Part shown: positions 7,560 through 15,404 of the stretch, in pieces
Position numbering within the stretch: position 1 is the first letter of the stretch
How the letters are laid out: each line of letters starts with the position of its first letter
Source: Conexivisphaerales archaeon
GTDB taxonomy: Archaea; Thermoproteota; Nitrososphaeria; Conexivisphaerales; DTJL01
Direction: 5' to 3'
Assembly (NCBI GenBank): GCA_035543015.1
Contig: DATKKG010000075.1
Location: 1 to 24,000, forward strand
Length of the DNA: 24,000 nt
Notes under the pieces: generated by a model
Database searches by the model: none
Told to the model about the DNA's origin: nothing
What the model saw: the letters and a program-made list of their open reading frames with translations, nothing else
Program-made: the position numbers and the translations under genes

Positions 7560-8258
7560 TTGAGCGACCTTAGCCGTCTGGGATTCTGGTCCGCCGTCCT
7601 GACCTGCATCTTCGCGGCCGCCGCCCTTGCTCTGGGCGTCTTCACTCCTCCTCTTCCCTCCGGCTGCACCAACTGCACCGTGTACCCCTACACCGGGGCC
7701 GCATCGCTCTTTCCGGCAGTGTCCCCCTTCATGTATCCAGCCTCTCTAATGGTACTGACCTTCGCCGTCCTCATGGCATGCGTCTACGAAGGCGCCCCAG
7801 GGGACAGAAGGATATACGGCCTGGTCGCCCTGTGTTTCGCGCTCACCTGTGCGACTGTCATCGCAGCTGACTACTTCATCCAGCTCGCGGTCGTACAGCC
7901 CAGCATCCTGAAGGGCGAGACCGAGGGGCTCTCCCTCATCATCCTGTTCAATCCCCATGGAGTCGGCATCGCCCTTGAAGACCTGGGGTACCTGATGATG
8001 AGCCTCTCCTTCCTCTTCGCGGGAATGGTCTTCATGGGACGCAGCAGGCTCGAGCGTGCGATACGGGTGATCTTCACTGGCAGCTCCCTGCTGGCGATCG
8101 CCGCTCTAGTCATACTGTCGCTGCTCTACGGGGCGAACCTGGAGGACAAGTTCGAAGTGGCTGTCATCACGGTGACCTGGACGGCCCTCATCATCTCCGG
8201 CGCGCTGTTGGGCATGTTCTACAGAAGACTTGGCAGCTCAGTGGCCCCGACCTCCTAA
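7560..8258 (+). CDS. Hypothetical polytopic membrane protein
   Basis: 232 aa with about 6 hydrophobic segments and GC3-rich codons. Only a TTG start (7560) is available. No family recognised. Confidence 0.65.
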   Translation: MSDLSRLGFWSAVLTCIFAAAALALGVFTPPLPSGCTNCTVYPYTGAASLFPAVSPFMYPASLMVLTFAVLMACVYEGAPGDRRIYGLVALCFALTCATVIAADYFIQLAVVQPSILKGETEGLSLIILFNPHGVGIALEDLGYLMMSLSFLFAGMVFMGRSRLERAIRVIFTGSSLLAIAALVILSLLYGANLEDKFEVAVITVTWTALIISGALLGMFYRRLGSSVAPTS

Positions 8259-8281
8259 CATACATCTTCGTTTCATCACTG

Positions 8282-8347
8282 TCGTATCAATATCGTATCA
8301 CCCAACTCGCCACAGGTATCGACACCGTATCGCCGAACCTACTTACC
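8282..8347 (+). promoter_or_regulatory. Copy B of the 66-nt upstream module with four phased GTATC boxes
   Basis: tcGTATCaatatcGTATCacccaactcgccacagGTATCgacaccGTATCgccgaacctacttacc has all four boxes perfect. It lies 37 nt upstream of the ATG at 8385 (copy A lies 35 nt upstream of 7035). Confidence 0.6.
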
Positions 8348-8384
8348 CCCGCTGACCCTGTACCAGGTCCGTGGTCAGATAGAA

Positions 8385-8954
8385 ATGACACAACAGACGT
8401 CGACCGGCAGTCTTGGTGGGCTCCCGGGAGCCAGCTCCGAAACCTGGTTCTCCCGGCGAGTCATGCACTGGGTCGTGAAGGACAGGATGACCCCAGGAGA
8501 GCGCGTGGGGGAGGGAGTGGCCATCCTCCTGATGCTCGCAATGGCCGCCTTCTTCGTCTCGAACCAGGTTCAGCAGACGGGGTTCTTCACTTCGGCCTTC
8601 GGGCCCCTGGAGATGCTCCTCTTCTACGCGTGCGTTCCTATGGGCCTCGCCCTGAACGGCGCGAAGATGGTCTTAGGACGGAGGAACCTGGCAAGACCTC
8701 TTGAGACGGTGAACGCGGCTCTCATGATCGTCTCCAGCGCCTGGTTCTTCGCGGTCTTCCCCTTCGACTTCACTCACTTCTCCGCTCTGGTGCCCAACGT
8801 CCTGAAGTTCGCCGTCTCCTGGATCCCCAACTGGCTCGCTAGGGACCTCCTAGTCTTGGGCTTCGTCGCGGGGATCGGTAATCTCGTCTACAATCCCATA
8901 ATGTACTTCGCCGTCAGACGGGCAGAGAAGGTTGATGTAGCCCTCACGAGATAG
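8385..8954 (+). CDS. Hypothetical membrane protein
   Basis: 189 aa with 4-5 hydrophobic segments. The N-terminus MTQQTSTG is paralogous at nucleotide level to MTQNTSSG of the 7035 gene; the rest is unrelated by eye. Confidence 0.65.
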   Translation: MTQQTSTGSLGGLPGASSETWFSRRVMHWVVKDRMTPGERVGEGVAILLMLAMAAFFVSNQVQQTGFFTSAFGPLEMLLFYACVPMGLALNGAKMVLGRRNLARPLETVNAALMIVSSAWFFAVFPFDFTHFSALVPNVLKFAVSWIPNWLARDLLVLGFVAGIGNLVYNPIMYFAVRRAEKVDVALTR

Positions 8955-8980
8955 ATGTCACCAAGGGGCTCTGACGGACC

Positions 8981-9976
8981 ATGAAAGCCGCCGTGTACAC
9001 GAGATACGGCCCTCCGGATATCCTCAAGATCGCGGATGTCGAGAGGCCGGTTCCGAAGGACGACGAGGTGCTGGTGGAGGTCCACGCGGCCTCGCTGAAC
9101 GCCGGCGACTGGTACCTCATGAGAGGAAAGCCCTTCCTGGTCCGGATGGCGGGGGGAGGGCTGATGAAGCCCAGGAACCAGAGGTTGGGAGCCGATCTGG
9201 CCGGGCGGGTCGTAGCGATAGGGGCCGGCATAACCAAGTTCAAGCCAGGCGACGAGGTATTCGGGGATACAGGCATCGGAAGCGGCAGCATCGCGGAATA
9301 CGCTTGCGCACGCGAGAGCGATCTTGTGCTGAAGCCGGCCTCCATGGCCTTCGAAGAGGCAGCCGCAGTGCCGCTCGCGTCGGTCACGGCCCTGATAGGG
9401 CTTCGAGACGAAGGGAGGGTCCAGCCTGGGCAGAAGGTCCTCATCAACGGGGGTTCCGGCGGGGTGGGGACCTTCGCGGTGCAGATCGCCAAGGCGATGG
9501 GGGCGGAGGTCACCGCCACATGCAGCCCCGGGAAGGTGGACCTCTTGCGCTCCATAGGCGCAGATCGCGTCATCGACTACACGAAGGAGGACTGCACCAG
9601 GGAGGGGCCACTCTACGACGTGATCCTCGGCGTCAACGGATATCATCCGCTCTGGGCCTACGGCCGGGCGTTGAAGCAAGGGGGGATCTACATCATGGTC
9701 GGGGGCTCCATGGGTCAGATCCTCCAAGGGTTCCTGTTGAGCCGGCTGATTCCTCTAGGCGGAGGCAAGAGGATCGGGGTGGTCGGGGTGACGACGGAAA
9801 GACGAGCGCGCGCCTCCCAGGACCTGGCCTACGTGAAAGAGCTTATCGAAGCCGGCAAGGTGAAGCCCGTCATAGACCGACTTTTCCCCATCGACGAGAC
9901 CGCCGAAGCCCTCCGGTACGCAGAAGAAGGCCACGTCCGGGGTAAGGTCGTCATCACTGTCGCAAATCGCGCATAG
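8981..9976 (+). CDS. NAD(P)H-dependent MDR-family oxidoreductase (quinone oxidoreductase / zinc-independent ADH-like)
   Basis: 331 aa. MKAAVYTRYGPPDILKIADVERPVPKDDEVLVEVHAASLNAGDW, GDEVFG, the Rossmann motif GGSGGVGTFAVQIAKAMGAEV, and C-terminal GHVRGKVVI. Confidence 0.9.
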   Translation: MKAAVYTRYGPPDILKIADVERPVPKDDEVLVEVHAASLNAGDWYLMRGKPFLVRMAGGGLMKPRNQRLGADLAGRVVAIGAGITKFKPGDEVFGDTGIGSGSIAEYACARESDLVLKPASMAFEEAAAVPLASVTALIGLRDEGRVQPGQKVLINGGSGGVGTFAVQIAKAMGAEVTATCSPGKVDLLRSIGADRVIDYTKEDCTREGPLYDVILGVNGYHPLWAYGRALKQGGIYIMVGGSMGQILQGFLLSRLIPLGGGKRIGVVGVTTERRARASQDLAYVKELIEAGKVKPVIDRLFPIDETAEALRYAEEGHVRGKVVITVANRA

Positions 9977-10385
9977 GAGGATCTCCAAGCCTGGTCCGCG
10001 CCTCAGCCCCGGTGATCCGACACGCCGTCGGTAGGATGAAGCAAGGCGGCCGGCCTACCAACGGCGAAGCCTGAAATGGCTCCGTCTTCGGGGATGAAAA
10101 CCATCGCTTCCTTCTGAACGCTCCTGGCGGCGGGGGCGTACCTCTACAGGAAATCGAAGATGGAGGAGGCCGCAAGCAGGGCTTGGCTGTTGCTTCTGAC
10201 CCTGTGTATGGCGGCACTCCTCTTCTCGACGCTGACCCTCTAGAAGCGACCCCCATCTCATCCGATTCACTTGGAGCTCTAGTGAAACCGTTCACCACCG
10301 CGTTGACTTCTCAATCGATGCGATGCGAGACATGGACTCCGCGATGGCACAAGTCAACAGTTCTTACTCATGGAAGCAACGTTAG

Positions 10386-10835
10386 ATGACACCGAGCGTA
10401 AAATACGATTTCGAAGGGTCCCTGCTTGCTGGATTCCCCTTGGCTCCAACCGGAAGGACGAAGACGATAGAGAAGAGAGAAGACGAGGTTCCCGCCGGCA
10501 CAGGCCTGCGATGTTCCTTCTTCCTGAATTGCGCCTTCTACAGAGATGGTTCCCCCTACTGCTCCGATCAACCCTCCCAATGTCCGAAGTGGAGGGAGTT
10601 CATGAGGGCGCCGAAGGAGACCTCCGACTTTTCCGACAACCTCATGAACGTAACTCACCTCGCCAAGGCCGTCCACGTGATCACCCCCTATGGCAAGTTC
10701 GAACACAACCTACGCCTCTACGAATTCGAGGTCGTCGGAGACGAGCTGGTCGTCTACCCTCTGGACGGCTCCGGCGGCTCGTTCCACTACCGGGGCTCCT
10801 TCCTCTACTACGTGGAGGGAGAGTACAGAAGGTAG
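10386..10835 (+). CDS. Hypothetical protein with an N-terminal four-Cys cluster
   Basis: 149 aa containing RCSFFLNCAFYRDGSPYCSDQPSQCPKW (C-x6-C-x10-C-x6-C), followed by a beta-rich C-terminal half. It is the most protein-like of three overlapping ORFs. No family recognised. Confidence 0.45.
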   Translation: MTPSVKYDFEGSLLAGFPLAPTGRTKTIEKREDEVPAGTGLRCSFFLNCAFYRDGSPYCSDQPSQCPKWREFMRAPKETSDFSDNLMNVTHLAKAVHVITPYGKFEHNLRLYEFEVVGDELVVYPLDGSGGSFHYRGSFLYYVEGEYRR

Positions 10836-10894
10836 GACCGATTCTCCCGAATTCTCAGCAACGATATTAAACGTGAGCGTAGGGCTCCATCCGC

Positions 10895-11146
10895 ATGCCT
10901 AGGTACATCGACGTCCACAGAAACCTGAAGGGGACGACGTTCAAGGACGTGGCAGCCGCGCACCAGAAGGACCTCAGCGTCCAGAACAAATACGGAGTCA
11001 AGTTCCTGAAGTTCTGGGTGGACGAGAAGGAGGGGACCGTCTTCTGCCTGTCCGAGGCGCCCAACAGAGAGGCCCCTGCGAAGGCTCACGGCGAGGCCCA
11101 CGGCCTCCTCCCCCACGAGACCTACGAAGTCCTAGAGGGAAGTTAG
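10895..11146 (+). CDS. DUF4242 / SCO4226-like small ferredoxin-fold (nickel-binding family) protein
   Basis: MPRYIDVHRNLKGTTFKDVAAAHQKDLSVQNKYGVKFLKFWVDEKEGTVFCLSEAPNREA...HGEAHGL matches the remembered family pattern. TATA-like atattaaac lies about 28 nt upstream, so the mRNA is probably leaderless. Confidence 0.8.
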   Translation: MPRYIDVHRNLKGTTFKDVAAAHQKDLSVQNKYGVKFLKFWVDEKEGTVFCLSEAPNREAPAKAHGEAHGLLPHETYEVLEGS

Positions 11147-11148
11147 CA

Positions 11149-11622
11149 CTAGTCCGGACGTTCCAGTCCGGCGTTTATCCTCTTCGCCGAGTTATACGCG
11201 TCGTAGACGTTGTATATCCAGAAGAGCGGATAGAGGATTAGCCCGACGAAGAAGATGATGGTGAAAAGACAGACTATCCCCACTGCCACGAAAGTGATGC
11301 CCTTGCCTATCTGCCCGTTGTATATCTGACCCAGCCCTGTAAAGAGGAAGGAGAGGACAGCGGCTATTCCCGGATTCTTCTGCTCCGACGGCCAGGGAGC
11401 GGCCATGACCCTCTTGCCGCACCTGGGGCACATCTCCGCGTCCGTAGGAATCACGGCACCGCAGTGCTGGCAATACTTGCCCGTGCCGGCCTCGACGCTG
11501 ATCACCGGGGTACCGGAGACCCCTCCAGCGGGGGACGTCGTCGAAGAAACCGCCGTACCGCAGTTGGGGCAGAACTTCGCGTCCGCGGCCAGCTCCCTGC
11601 CGCAGGTCGTGCAGAAAGCCAT
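11149..11622 (-). CDS. Double zinc-ribbon plus TM2-domain membrane protein
   Basis: MAFCTTCGRELAADAKFCPNCG and YCQHCGAVIPTDAEMCPRCG are two CxxC...CxxC ribbons. They are followed by the TM2 signature AAVLSFLFTGLGQIYNGQIGKGITF. The ATG at 11622 avoids overlap with the upstream gene; the long ORF reaches 11724. Confidence 0.8.
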   Translation of the reverse strand: MAFCTTCGRELAADAKFCPNCGTAVSSTTSPAGGVSGTPVISVEAGTGKYCQHCGAVIPTDAEMCPRCGKRVMAAPWPSEQKNPGIAAVLSFLFTGLGQIYNGQIGKGITFVAVGIVCLFTIIFFVGLILYPLFWIYNVYDAYNSAKRINAGLERPD

Positions 11623-11675
11623 TGTCCATCCTTTCCGCGACGGTTCATATAAGGCTTGAAGGACAGGCCGGCTCG

Positions 11676-12026
11676 TCACGGGTGCAGGTGCCGCCACCTG
11701 CGGGCCGAGAGCAGGAAGATCCAACCCTTTGCGACCAAGGCGAGGACGGGCACGGCCCTCCTAGAATCAGCCACCCGGATCAAGGCTTCCCTCTCCGCTG
11801 TCGACAGCTTCTCGACGAACGTAACCGGCCTGCGCGTCGCCTTCACCTGCACCAACCAGTGCCGGCGTCCCTTCCTTGCCTCCATATCGTAGGGCCCGCG
11901 GCTCGCCGGGGATATCCTGACCTTCCATCCCTTCTTCCTCAGGCGCTCCGCCACTCGCCTCTCCATCTCTGAGCCGTATTCGAACTCGTTCAAGGAAGCT
12001 CCCTGCTGGGGACAGAAGTCAACCAA
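11676..12026 (-). CDS. Hjc-like PD-(D/E)xK nuclease-fold protein (Holliday-junction-resolvase family) with Q-V-K in place of E-x-K
   Basis: GSEMERRVAERLRKKGWKVRISPASRGPYDMEARKGRRHWLVQVKAT...AVPVLALVAKGWIFL parallels remembered Pyrococcus Hjc ([46 protein letters not shown]...GIPVLAVKF..GWRFI). The start is uncertain: TTG at 12026, TTG at 11993 or ATG at 11966. Confidence 0.6.
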   Translation of the reverse strand: MVDFCPQQGASLNEFEYGSEMERRVAERLRKKGWKVRISPASRGPYDMEARKGRRHWLVQVKATRRPVTFVEKLSTAEREALIRVADSRRAVPVLALVAKGWIFLLSARRWRHLHP

Positions 12027-12060
12027 GTCTCCGCCGACGACTCCCCATAAAAAGGGTGGG

Positions 12061-12870
12061 TCAGGCAGCCGGCGTCTTCTTGGGATGCCTGATGACCATC
12101 AAGAGCGTCCCCGCCGTGGCGAGGGCCACCACGATATCGGCGGCCAAAGTCACGTTGGAGACCCCGGCGGCCACCCCGTTCGCCCATTGGTTAGACACTA
12201 TGCCGAACAGAGCCCAGACTATCACCAGACCGTAACCGGGATCCCTTCTCGTTGCCAGCAGTATGAGCGTGATGGCCAGCGCTACGACGGTGACCAACTG
12301 AGCCCAAGTTGTTGCGGCGATGCCGAAGCCGTCCCAGCTAATCGAGACCAAGGCGGAGGAGACGTCAGCTATCGAGGCGATCGTTATCCAACCGAGGTAG
12401 ACGGAGAACGCAAGGTGAACGGCCAGCTTCTCGTTCCTGCTGGCGCCCGACCTCCCTATGTTCAGCCTCAGGTAGATGGCGATAAGCGACAGAAGGAGGG
12501 CGAATATCAGGACCACCGAAGCCGTGATGTATTCGTACTGCCAGAGGAACAGCCAGACGATGTTGAAAAGGGAGCTCAGCATGAAGAGGTAGCCCACCTT
12601 CCCGACAAAGGAGTCGCCCCTGTGGCCCGGCAGAAGCTGGAATACGATGAAAGCGCCCAAGAGCGCATAGATGACTCCCCATATGGCGAACGTGAAGCCT
12701 GCCGGAGTGATCAGCGTCGGAAAGGCGGCCGAGACGTCCGCCGTGTTCACGCCTCCGAGGAGCCTGGTGCTCCCGGCTATGGAGTTGATGACCAGCATGG
12801 CGACATACGCGATCACGTTTCCGACCTGCAGGAAGGAGATTCCTTGCTTCTCTGGCAACCCGGTCCCCAT
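12061..12870 (-). CDS. TspO/MBR-related (tryptophan-rich sensory protein-like) long-form membrane protein
   Basis: Polytopic. GGVNTADVSAAFPTLITPAGFTFAIWGVIYALLGAFIVFQ resembles the roughly 270-aa TspO-related family (…G..TG.VS..YP.LF.PAG.TFSIWGVIY.LL). ATG at 12870; the longest ORF starts with TTG at 12888. The CDS is solid but the family call is from memory. Confidence 0.6.
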   Translation of the reverse strand: MGTGLPEKQGISFLQVGNVIAYVAMLVINSIAGSTRLLGGVNTADVSAAFPTLITPAGFTFAIWGVIYALLGAFIVFQLLPGHRGDSFVGKVGYLFMLSSLFNIVWLFLWQYEYITASVVLIFALLLSLIAIYLRLNIGRSGASRNEKLAVHLAFSVYLGWITIASIADVSSALVSISWDGFGIAATTWAQLVTVVALAITLILLATRRDPGYGLVIVWALFGIVSNQWANGVAAGVSNVTLAADIVVALATAGTLLMVIRHPKKTPAA

Positions 12871-13008
12871 GTCTCGTGTACCTTTCAAGGGTATTTCTGG
12901 ATATCTGTTGCGGCTGGAGAATGCAACCTGTGCCCATGTCTCGCGACTTGCTGTGGCACCAGTCGGAGTTATATGTGGCAGGCAATTCAGAGGAGGCGGA
13001 TACCATAA

Positions 13009-13527
13009 TTGGTGGAGGCAATCAGCTACGAGGTCCTGAAGAAGCTTGGCCAGGTGGAGATAAGGAAGTATCCCCTGATTGTGGCGGCTAGGGTGGACGG
13101 CTACGGCGACGGCGGCTTCAACTTGCTGTTCAACTTCATCTCGGGGAGGAACAGCAAGGCGGAGAAGGTGGCGATGACGGCACCCGTGGTCTCAGAGAAG
13201 ATCGCGATGACGGCACCCGTGCTCTCGGAAGGAGGCTCCATTTCGTTCGTCATGCCAGAAGGCTACACAAAGGAGACCACGCCCCGACCCTTGGATGCGA
13301 GGGTCAAGATCGTCGATTATCCGCCCAGGTACCTGGCGACCCTCAGATTCTCCGGGAGGTGGACCAACAGGGCCTTCGAGTCCAGGTCCAGGGAGATGAT
13401 GAACGAACTTCAAAAGGCTGGCATTGAGCCCAAAGGAGTGCCATTCTCCATGAGGTACAACGCGCCCTTCACACCCTGGTTCATGCGCAGAAACGAAGTG
13501 GCCGTGGAAGTCAGTTATCCTGTGTGA
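13009..13527 (+). CDS. SOUL haem-binding family protein
   Basis: 172 aa. YEVLKKLGQVEIRKYP, the duplicated VAMTAPVVSEK/IAMTAPVLSE motif, and RYNAPFTPWFMRRNEV. Only TTG (13009) or GTG (13012) starts are available. Confidence 0.88.
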   Translation: MVEAISYEVLKKLGQVEIRKYPLIVAARVDGYGDGGFNLLFNFISGRNSKAEKVAMTAPVVSEKIAMTAPVLSEGGSISFVMPEGYTKETTPRPLDARVKIVDYPPRYLATLRFSGRWTNRAFESRSREMMNELQKAGIEPKGVPFSMRYNAPFTPWFMRRNEVAVEVSYPV

Positions 13528-13783
13528 AGACCGGCTGCACCGACAGCCAGGATATCTTCCTAATGCATGGGATGAGGGACTCACAACGAAGCATGATCAG
13601 GACCGCCGAGTCGTTGGCCAAGCTTCGGGTATCCGGTCTCCTACAGAACAAGATACAGACGCAACTTACAACGGCCTTGATTGTCAGGACATAGGGTTGC
13701 GGCTATCATTCCTCAAAAACTGACATCCTATGAGGAGGCCGTGACCCTCGCATTCAAGGGGAACCGTACAGTAGTCCGAACAA

Positions 13784-14470
13784 CTAAGCGCCCCTCTTGA
13801 GCCCGTTCACAAATCCCAAGCCATCTTTGAGGCTGAGGCTGCAGTAGTCCGCCAACCTCTCTCCAGACGCCTTCCCGGTAACCGCTTCTTTGACTCGCTT
13901 CGATTTGAGGAGGCGGCTCCCCACGATTATCACGGAGTCCCTGAAGAGGGTGTCGGCCCTCAACGCCCGAAGGGTCTTGATCAGACTCTCCTCGTTGTAC
14001 CCCATGGTCATGGTCAGGCAGACTATGTCAAAGCGCCGGCCCAGTCCCCTCAGGTACTCAAAGACTCGATTCAAAGAGGCGCCCCTCTCAATGAATTCAA
14101 CGTCCCACCCTTCGCTAGAGAGCAAAGCTGAAAACATCTTCAGCCCTACGTAATGGAACTCTCCTTCAACGCAGTTCAGAAGCACGGCAGACCCCTTTCT
14201 GACCCCCGCCTGCGCTCTGAGTCGCCGAGCGGCCTTCTCGATCATTTCCATGGTCGTCGCCGTCGCAAAGTGCTCGTCGGCGACGCTGATTTCCTTCTCA
14301 GCCCAGAGCTCCCCTATCCTGACCTGGGCCTCTCCGAGGGTCTCCATTATCGGGAGAAGCCTCTCTCCCTTGTCCAGCATGGACTCGACCACAGATCCCG
14401 CCCTTTTCCTGTCCCTATCCAGGACGGCTTTCAAATAGTCGTCCTTGTAGCTGACCGGTTCTCCTTTCAA
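13784..14470 (-). CDS. Stand-alone cobalamin (B12)-binding protein of CarH/AerR photoreceptor type, with no DNA-binding domain
   Basis: The N-terminal helical bundle has IGELWAEKEISVADEHFAT, an exact W-x9-EH. The Rossmann-type B12 domain has VEGEFHYVGLKM (E-x-H-x-x-G lower-ligand His), IVCLTMTM and IIVGS. 228 aa with a TTG start needed to keep helix 1. Confidence 0.85.
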   Translation of the reverse strand: MKGEPVSYKDDYLKAVLDRDRKRAGSVVESMLDKGERLLPIMETLGEAQVRIGELWAEKEISVADEHFATATTMEMIEKAARRLRAQAGVRKGSAVLLNCVEGEFHYVGLKMFSALLSSEGWDVEFIERGASLNRVFEYLRGLGRRFDIVCLTMTMGYNEESLIKTLRALRADTLFRDSVIIVGSRLLKSKRVKEAVTGKASGERLADYCSLSLKDGLGFVNGLKRGA

Positions 14471-14570
14471 CGTGACCCTTCTACGCGGAGAGGTGAATTA
14501 AGCGTTTTCAGATGGGCGGTCTGCGGATTCCCTCTCGCCCATAATCGTTAATAGCAGAAAGGGTCCCCGC

Positions 14571-15404
14571 ATGCCCGTCTTGAACGACGAAGAGCTCACC
14601 AAGACCCTGATGCGCTTCGGAATCACCCGCCAGGAGGCCGAGGTCTTCCTCCTCCTCTCCAAGGTCAAGAAGGGGGGAATCGAATGGATCGGAGGGAGGG
14701 AGGCGGCCTCCGTAGCGCACAAGAGCAGGGTGAGGACCTACCAGGTCCTCGAAAGGCTCGCGGAGCTGGGACTGGTCAGCACCGACTTCAGCAGGCCCAA
14801 GAAGTACTCGGCTGAGGCTCCCCAGGTCGCCGTCAGAAGGCTCATGGGCATCCACGAGGCCCGACTCACGGAGCTGAGCCACCTGGAAGGAGACGTCGTA
14901 GATGGGCTCTTCAAACTGGAGCCGCCTGACCTGGGTTCGCTCAAGGAAGAAGAAGAGGAGGGGAGGACCAACGTCGTCCTCCTTAGGGGGCTCCCCAACA
15001 TTCAGAACACGTTGAGAAAGGTCATGGAATGCGAGGAGCTGGCCATGACCATCAACGAGGAGTCCGCCGCGCATCTAATGAGCACCCTGGCATACCTGAC
15101 GGAGAAGCCGGGACGCCTGATCCTTCTGCTTTCGAAAGAGGTCTCGCGGAGACAGCTCTCCCGGGCCGGCCTGAGCCCCGGCGCTGAGGTGGCCCACTTC
15201 AGGGGAGAGCTCCCAACCATCGTGATGACCGAAAGGCATACCCTCTTCCTGCACTACTCTACCAAGGAATACAGACCACGGCCGCTGTCGCCGCCGACGC
15301 GCAAGTCCAAGGTCACCGACTGCATCCTCGTCGAGGGAGCCTCCTACGTGCACCGGATGAGGGAGGTCTTCGACGCCCTTTGGGATGCCTCCGTGCAGGA
15401 TTGA
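14571..15404 (+). CDS. TrmB family transcriptional regulator
   Basis: N-terminal winged HTH: LMRFGITRQEAEVFLLLSKV...ASVAHKSRVRTYQVLERLAELGLVSTDFSRPKKYSAEAPQVAV, then a coiled linker and a C-terminal effector-like domain. TATA-like gttaatag lies about 22 nt upstream. Confidence 0.85.
   Translation: MPVLNDEELTKTLMRFGITRQEAEVFLLLSKVKKGGIEWIGGREAASVAHKSRVRTYQVLERLAELGLVSTDFSRPKKYSAEAPQVAVRRLMGIHEARLTELSHLEGDVVDGLFKLEPPDLGSLKEEEEEGRTNVVLLRGLPNIQNTLRKVMECEELAMTINEESAAHLMSTLAYLTEKPGRLILLLSKEVSRRQLSRAGLSPGAEVAHFRGELPTIVMTERHTLFLHYSTKEYRPRPLSPPTRKSKVTDCILVEGASYVHRMREVFDALWDASVQD

Noticed and set aside
8888-9945. 279-aa (-) and 213-aa (+) ORFs overlapping the MDR oxidoreductase
   Set aside because: These are off-frame shadows (R/G/P/H-rich). 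The 8981-9976 frame has the Rossmann and MDR motifs.
10160-10243. 27-aa hydrophobic micro-ORF (MEEAASRAWLLLLTLCMAALLFSTLTL*)
   Set aside because: It is too short, with no promoter or RBS support. Kept only as part of the ORF-poor region finding.
12085-13021. 307-aa (+) and 218-aa (-) ORFs overlapping the TspO-related gene
   Set aside because: The products are R/D/G/P/H-rich without structure. The 12061-12888(-) frame gives a coherent polytopic membrane protein.
13172-13237. Near-identical 18-nt repeat gcgatgacggcacccgtg twice inside the SOUL gene
   Set aside because: It encodes the duplicated (V/I)AMTAPV motif, which is a normal feature of SOUL/HBP proteins. It is not a mobile or slippage repeat.
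13563-13694. 43-aa ORF (MHGMRDSQRSMIRTAESLAKLRVSGLLQNKIQTQLTTALIVRT*) in the SOUL / B12-gene spacer
   Set aside because: No recognisable motif, promoter or RBS. The 256-nt convergent spacer may simply hold terminators.
14508-15353. Minus-strand ORFs antisense to the TrmB gene (188, 87, 72 and 92 aa)
   Set aside because: They are shadow frames. The plus frame has a clear TrmB wHTH.
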